From contig JAQTOZ010000002.1 of assembly GCA_028713205.1 (NCBI GenBank), forward strand, positions 1 through 45,969: a stretch of 45,969 nt of DNA, written 5' to 3'. The translations under genes and the position numbers were made by a program. The notes beneath the pieces are model-generated. The model was not told the DNA's origin. It did no database searches and worked only from the letters and a program-made list of their open reading frames with translations. This stretch comes from Candidatus Omnitrophota bacterium (lineage in GTDB: Bacteria; Omnitrophota; Omnitrophia; Omnitrophales; Aquincolibacteriaceae). Shown here in pieces: positions 41,429 through 45,969 of this stretch. How positions within the stretch are numbered: position 1 is the first letter of the stretch; each line of letters opens with the position of its first letter.

Positions 41429-43012
41429 ATGGAAAAAGGGTTGTTGTCTCTTGTTTTGCATGCCCACTTGCCGTTTGTCCGGCATCCGGAGCATGAATAT
41501 TTTCTGGAAGAAAACTGGCTTTACGAAGCGATCACGGAAACCTACATTCCGTTGATCCATATGTTCGAGGGCCTGCTGAAAGATCATGTGCCCTACCGCA
41601 TCACGATGTCGCTGACGCCTCCCTTGATTTCGATGTTGAAAGATCCTCTTTTGCAGGAACGCTACATCAAGCATCTGGACAAACTGATCGAATTGGCCAA
41701 CAAAGAAATTGATCGCACCCGTTTTCAGCCGGCCTTCCATGAAGTTGCGCTGCACTATTACTGGCAATTGACGCAGGCACGGGAGACTTTCGTAAACCGG
41801 TATTTCCGGGATCTTACCTGGGCGTTCAAAAAGTTTCAGGATTTGGGACATCTCGAAATTATCACATGTTCCGCGACGCACGGTTTTTTGCCGCTGATCA
41901 ATCGTACCGAGGCCGCTGTGCGGGGACAAATTGTCACCGCGGTTAAACAATACGAGGGTGTTTTTGGGAGAAAACCCCTCGGTATTTGGCTTCCCGAATG
42001 CGGTTATTTCCCCGGTGTCGACCGGTTTTTGAAAGATGTCGGTATCCGCTATTTCCTAACGGACACACACGGGATTCTCCACGCATCGCCGCGTCCGAAA
42101 TTCGGCGTTTACGCGCCCATCTATTGTCCGTCCGGAGTGGCGGCTTTCGGGCGCGATATGGAATCCTCCAAGCAGGTTTGGTCTGCCGTGGAAGGGTATC
42201 CCGGTGATTATGATTACCGCGAGTTTTATCGTGACATCGGTTTCGACCTCGATTACGAATACATTCGCCCCTATATTTCCCCTGACGGATTGCGTATCAA
42301 CACCGGTATCAAATATTACCGCATCACGGGTGATACGGATGACAAGCAGCCCTATGTGCGGGCCTGGGCGCTTGAGAAAGCGGCGTATCATGCAGGGAAC
42401 TTTATGTTCAACCGTGAAAAGCAGTGCGAGTTTTTGCATGATTTTATGGGGAGAAAACCGATGATCGTTGCCCCGTACGATGCCGAGCTTTTCGGGCACT
42501 GGTGGTATGAAGGTCCCGAATTTCTGAATTTCCTCATTCGTAAGATGGCCTTTGATCAAAAAACGGTCCGGTTGGTGACCCCTTCGGATTATCTTAGGAT
42601 ATATCCCGTGAATCAGGTCTCAACCCCTTCGATGTCGAGTTGGGGTTGGAAAGGATATGCCGAAACCTGGCTTTCGGGGGCTAATGACTGGATCTATTTT
42701 CATTTGCATAAGGCGACCTTAAGGATGACAGAATTGGCGAACCGTTTTCAGGGGCAAAACGGCGTGGTGCAACGCGCGTTGAACCAAGCCGCCCGTGAAT
42801 TATTCCTGGCCCAATCCAGCGATTGGGCCTTCATCATGCATACCGGAACCATGGTGCCCTATGCCGTGCGAAGGACCAAAGAACATTTGCTGAATTTCCT
42901 TAGGTTATATGAAGATATGATGAATAACCGGCTTGATGAGGGCTGGTTGAATTACCTTGAGAGTAAGAGCAATATTTTCCCGCATATGGATTACCGGTTG
43001 TTCCAGGAATAA
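41429..43012 (+). CDS. GH57-family 1,4-alpha-glucan branching enzyme (GH57 + DUF1957)
   Basis: LVLHAHLPFVRHPE, WLPECGY, PYDAELFGHWWYEG and QSSDWAF motifs. Confidence 0.85.
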   Translation: MEKGLLSLVLHAHLPFVRHPEHEYFLEENWLYEAITETYIPLIHMFEGLLKDHVPYRITMSLTPPLISMLKDPLLQERYIKHLDKLIELANKEIDRTRFQPAFHEVALHYYWQLTQARETFVNRYFRDLTWAFKKFQDLGHLEIITCSATHGFLPLINRTEAAVRGQIVTAVKQYEGVFGRKPLGIWLPECGYFPGVDRFLKDVGIRYFLTDTHGILHASPRPKFGVYAPIYCPSGVAAFGRDMESSKQVWSAVEGYPGDYDYREFYRDIGFDLDYEYIRPYISPDGLRINTGIKYYRITGDTDDKQPYVRAWALEKAAYHAGNFMFNREKQCEFLHDFMGRKPMIVAPYDAELFGHWWYEGPEFLNFLIRKMAFDQKTVRLVTPSDYLRIYPVNQVSTPSMSSWGWKGYAETWLSGANDWIYFHLHKATLRMTELANRFQGQNGVVQRALNQAARELFLAQSSDWAFIMHTGTMVPYAVRRTKEHLLNFLRLYEDMMNNRLDEGWLNYLESKSNIFPHMDYRLFQE

Positions 43013-43069
43013 ACCGGATACCCCGGAAGCGGGTTTCACAACACCCAGATAGGAAGGAGAAAGATCGAA

Positions 43070-43294
43070 ATGCTTGAACAATACTACGCAATCGGCGAAA
43101 TGGCAGGGAAAATTTATAAAACGCTTGAGAAAAACGGTCCGACGACCATGGTGAAATTGCAGACCGAAACGGGGACTTCGGATGAAGCTCTTTTTAATCA
43201 AGCCTTAGGTTGGTTGGCCAGAGAAGATAAACTTAGTTTTACAAAATCGGGTCGGACCACCAAAATTTCGCTTTTGACGGCCAAAATCGGATAA
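43070..43294 (+). CDS. Small winged-helix protein (DUF2582-like)
   Basis: 74 aa: IGEMAGKIYKTLEKNGPTTMVKLQTETGTSDEALFNQALGWLAREDKL. RBS GGAAGGAGA. Confidence 0.6.
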   Translation: MLEQYYAIGEMAGKIYKTLEKNGPTTMVKLQTETGTSDEALFNQALGWLAREDKLSFTKSGRTTKISLLTAKIG

Positions 43295-43377
43295 ATCGAA
43301 TTCCGATTTCCCTGAATTCGGCGAGATTGTCTTGCGACCGGATATCCCGGTTGTTTCGCTGGAAAAGCTATTTTATA

Positions 43378-43430
43378 AACGGCTGTTTTTAGTTTGGGAT
43401 GTGAATCCAACTAAAGACAGCCGTTTTTTC
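43378..43430 (+). terminator. Intrinsic terminator
   Basis: AACGGCTGTTTTTAGTT (43378-43394) pairs with AACTAAAGACAGCCGTT (43409-43425): 17 bp with one mismatch, followed by TTTTTT. Confidence 0.75.
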
Positions 43431-43577
43431 TTAAGAGATCACCGATCGCAAGGTGATTTAGGAACGGTGGCTTGGGAATCCGTTGCCGTCCGATAGATCC
43501 CGAACCGGCGGGGCGCAGGGTCCTCAGGCCCCTAACGGCAGGCATATGGTTTTCGTCCGGTTCCCTATAACTTGTTC

Positions 43578-43586
43578 TGGTATAAT
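43578..43586 (+). promoter_or_regulatory. Possible extended -10 promoter element TGGTATAAT
   Basis: TGnTATAAT at 43578-43586, about 113 nt upstream of the GH13 start. The -35 is poor. Confidence 0.35.
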
Positions 43587-43698
43587 ACCTTGGCGTTTGC
43601 CGCGATCTGCTATGAGAAGTTTTTCCGGGTTTAAGCCGATATTATTATTTACGAGTTTTAAAATACAGACTATATAGAGGGAACCTGACGGGGATACC

Positions 43699-45180
43699 AT
43701 GATTCGAAAATATCCGCATTTGCTGCAAGTGAATGCCTCTTTTTTGCTTTCCAGGATGAAAGCGAAATATGGGCAACCTCTTCTTACCCTGGCGACGATC
43801 CCCGATGAAGAATGGGAAGCGTTTGCCGACGCGGGTTTCGATTTCGTGTGGCTCATGGGGATTTGGGAGCGCAGTCCGAAAGCGCGAACGCATGCGTTGA
43901 CGGAACCCAATTTGATTCAGGCTTATAATCTGCTTTTGCCGGATTGGAACCAAAATGATGTGGGGGGATCGCCTTATTCGATTTATGGATATCATCTGGA
44001 TCCTTTTCTGGGTGATACCGATACGCTTGCGGCACTGAAGACGAAACTGCATTCATTCGGATTAAAGCTTATTGTGGATTTTGTGCCGAATCATCTGGCA
44101 TTCGATCATCCATGGACTTTGACGCGGCCGGGTTGCTTTGTGCGCGGAACGGCCAAACAGGTGAAAGCCCATCCGGAGTGGTATTTTATGACGGAACGCG
44201 GGGTCTCTCTGGCGCACGGACGTGATCCCTACTTCCCTCCTTGGATCGACACTGTCCAGATCAATTTTTATGCTTCGATGGCCCGCAAAATGCTGATTCA
44301 CGAACTCCTTAAGATCGCGAAAATCGCGGACGGAGTACGTTGCGATATGGCGATGCTCGGGCTGAACGGTATTTTTGAAAAGGTTTGGGGGCGTTTTATC
44401 CGAAACGGTAAATCCAAAACTGAATTTTGGGACGAGGCGATCCCTGAAGTGAAAAACCAAAATCCGGACTTTGTTTTCATTGCGGAGGTCTATTGGGATC
44501 TTGAATGGGATTTGCAACAACTCGGATTTGATTTTACCTACGACAAACGCCTTTATGACCGGCTTCTTTTGGCCAAAGCCGCGGACGTTCGCGGGCATCT
44601 TAAGGCCGACCTTGATTTTCAGGCGAAAAGCATGCGTTTTCTCGAAAATCATGATGAAGACCGTGCCATCACGACCTTTGGTTATGAGAAATCAAAAGCG
44701 GCCGCGGTGGTTGCGGCGACGATCCCGGGACTGCGCTTTTTTCAGGACGGACAACTTCAGGGCAAAAGAATACGAATGCCGATTCACCTGCGCCGTGAAG
44801 CCGTGGAGCCCGTTGATTCCGGCATCCTTGATTTTTATACGCGCCTGATGAAGTACGCCGGTTCACCCGCGTTGCACGATGGGACCTGGGAACTGTTGGA
44901 ACTGGCATCTGCGTGGGAATGGAATCAAAGTCATCAGAACGTCATGGCCTGGTGTTGGCGATATCCGCATGATTGGAAAATCATCGTGGTGAATTATTCC
45001 GATGCGAGATCCCAGGGAAGGGTCAAGATCAAAATGGCTTGGGATGAAAACGAGAACTACATTCTCTTCCGTGACCGGATGACCGGGGAGATTTTTATGC
45101 AGGACCGCAACGAGCTTGAATCTTTCGGGCTTTATGTGGATTTGGCCCCCTGGCAAGCTCATTTGTTTGAGCCCACGTGA
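43699..45180 (+). CDS. GH13 alpha-amylase-family glycoside hydrolase (cytoplasmic)
   Basis: LIVDFVPNHLAFDHPW (region I), DGVRCDMAM (nucleophile), FIAEVYW (acid/base) and FLENHDE (region IV). No signal peptide. Confidence 0.8.
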   Translation: MIRKYPHLLQVNASFLLSRMKAKYGQPLLTLATIPDEEWEAFADAGFDFVWLMGIWERSPKARTHALTEPNLIQAYNLLLPDWNQNDVGGSPYSIYGYHLDPFLGDTDTLAALKTKLHSFGLKLIVDFVPNHLAFDHPWTLTRPGCFVRGTAKQVKAHPEWYFMTERGVSLAHGRDPYFPPWIDTVQINFYASMARKMLIHELLKIAKIADGVRCDMAMLGLNGIFEKVWGRFIRNGKSKTEFWDEAIPEVKNQNPDFVFIAEVYWDLEWDLQQLGFDFTYDKRLYDRLLLAKAADVRGHLKADLDFQAKSMRFLENHDEDRAITTFGYEKSKAAAVVAATIPGLRFFQDGQLQGKRIRMPIHLRREAVEPVDSGILDFYTRLMKYAGSPALHDGTWELLELASAWEWNQSHQNVMAWCWRYPHDWKIIVVNYSDARSQGRVKIKMAWDENENYILFRDRMTGEIFMQDRNELESFGLYVDLAPWQAHLFEPT

Positions 45181-45254
45181 TCGCAACCGTTGCGATGGGA
45201 CACAAACCCGGCAGGCGGTTCCGAGCTTGAACAAGGGCGGCCTTTTATGGTTGC

Positions 45255-45969
45255 ATGGGAGTTTTAAAGGTGATACCTCTTTACCAAGAAAAAACAAATA
45301 TTACCAAACACGCACGAAAGATCCTGAGATTCCTTGAAGCGAAAAAGGAAAGTATCTCGCCGCTTCTGATCGTCACCCACGATTATCCGGACCCCGATGC
45401 CTTGGCGAGCGCCTTTGCGCTTCAATATCTTGCGGAGAACTTTTATGGGGTCGCTTCGAAGATCGTTTATGGAGGGATCGTCGGGAGGGTTGAGAATCGG
45501 GCGATGGTGGGCATTTTAAAAATGCCGGTCCATAAGCTGAAGGCGGCGGATTTTAAAAAATACAATCGCGTAGCCTTGGTGGATACGCAACCCGTTTTTG
45601 AAAATAACGCCTTCCCGAAAAACCGGAAAGCGACCCTCGTGATCGATCAGCATCCATCCGTGGAGAGGCCTGCGGCGGAGCTTAGCATCGTGGATACCGA
45701 ATGCGGTGCGACATCCACGATCCTTGCGCAATGTTTGCTTTTGCTGCGGATCGAGATCCCCGTCAGAATTGCAACCGCGCTGGCCTACGGGATTTTGACG
45801 GACACCATGAATCTCTATCGCGCAAAGCATGCCGAGGTGATTGACATTTATCTGGACATTTTGTCACGGAGCGATCTCTGGGTTCTCGCGCACATTCAAA
45901 ATCCTCCCCGCTCACGGCGTTTTTTCATGACCTTAGGGCAGGGGATACAGAACGCCGCGGTGCGAAGAG
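45255..45969 (+). CDS. DHH-family phosphoesterase (NrnA-like), 5' partial, running off the window
   Basis: My own translation from ATG 45255: MGVLKVIPLYQEKTNITKHARKILRFLEAKKESISPLLIVTHDYPDPDALASAFAL...ATLVIDQHPS... The frame is open to the window end. It is absent from the ORF track because it has no stop codon. Confidence 0.7.
   Translation, partial: MGVLKVIPLYQEKTNITKHARKILRFLEAKKESISPLLIVTHDYPDPDALASAFALQYLAENFYGVASKIVYGGIVGRVENRAMVGILKMPVHKLKAADFKKYNRVALVDTQPVFENNAFPKNRKATLVIDQHPSVERPAAELSIVDTECGATSTILAQCLLLLRIEIPVRIATALAYGILTDTMNLYRAKHAEVIDIYLDILSRSDLWVLAHIQNPPRSRRFFMTLGQGIQNAAVRR

Noticed and set aside
45180-45196. Hairpin ATCGCAA-CCG-TTGCGAT right after the GH13 stop, as a terminator
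   Set aside because: It has only a 7-bp stem and no following T-run, and the DHH gene starts 60 nt later, so read-through is more likely.
1-45969. Mobile element, prophage, defence island, tRNA/rRNA/tmRNA/RNase P/SRP RNA
   Set aside because: I saw no integrase, transposase, phage structural or cas genes, no terminal inverted repeats flanking a gene block, and none of the conserved RNA signatures I can recognise by eye (T-loop GGTTCGAATCC, RNase P GAGGAAAGTCC, SRP GGAAGCAGCC).

Overview
A 45,969-bp stretch of bacterial chromosome. I count 41 protein-coding genes, 39 of them on the + strand, many with overlapping or near-abutting start and stop codons. I recognised no rRNA, tRNA, CRISPR array, transposase, integrase or phage gene. 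Gene order: (1) a DUF486/DMT-type membrane protein. (2) A helix-turn-helix + PTS-EIIA(Ntr) fusion protein, translationally coupled to a six-gene Hyf/complex-I-like membrane module. The 'hydrogenase large subunit' of that module lacks the NiFe cysteine ligands, so it is Ehr-type. (3) Housekeeping and miscellaneous genes: RluA-family pseudouridine synthase, a LacI-type sensor domain without a helix-turn-helix, an HI0933-type flavoprotein, a GIY-YIG protein, a putative DNA-binding protein and a membrane-anchored APH-like kinase. (4) A secreted MORN-variant repeat protein, a 1071-aa coiled-coil protein built on an exact 74-residue (222-nt) repeat lattice, a secreted Pro/Ser/Ala-rich protein and a convergent RlpA-like protein. 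(5) typA, an LssY-like lipoprotein, and a 7TM-GAF histidine kinase with two output-less response regulators. (6) rsmB, a 714-bp non-coding gap and fba. (7) A mixed redox/unknown block: three TIGR04073-like small secreted paralogues, an NAD(P)H oxidoreductase, pirin, a GATase1-like protein, DUF2148, a SAM methyltransferase, and a stand-alone RnfD-like membrane protein paired with an exported SOR-like beta-sandwich protein. (8) A PurF-like protein with a degenerate glutaminase domain. (9) An alpha-glucan cluster (DUF4912, GH57 branching enzyme, small winged-helix protein, GH13). (10) The 5' part of a DHH phosphoesterase gene. The most interesting items are the 74-residue-lattice coiled-coil protein, the cysteine-less Ehr-type complex with its unusual regulator, the RnfD-like/SOR-like pair, the degenerate PurF paralogue, and a dispersed GC-rich hairpin repeat with a 14-bp tandem array. 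All family assignments come from reading motifs by eye; no database search was run.
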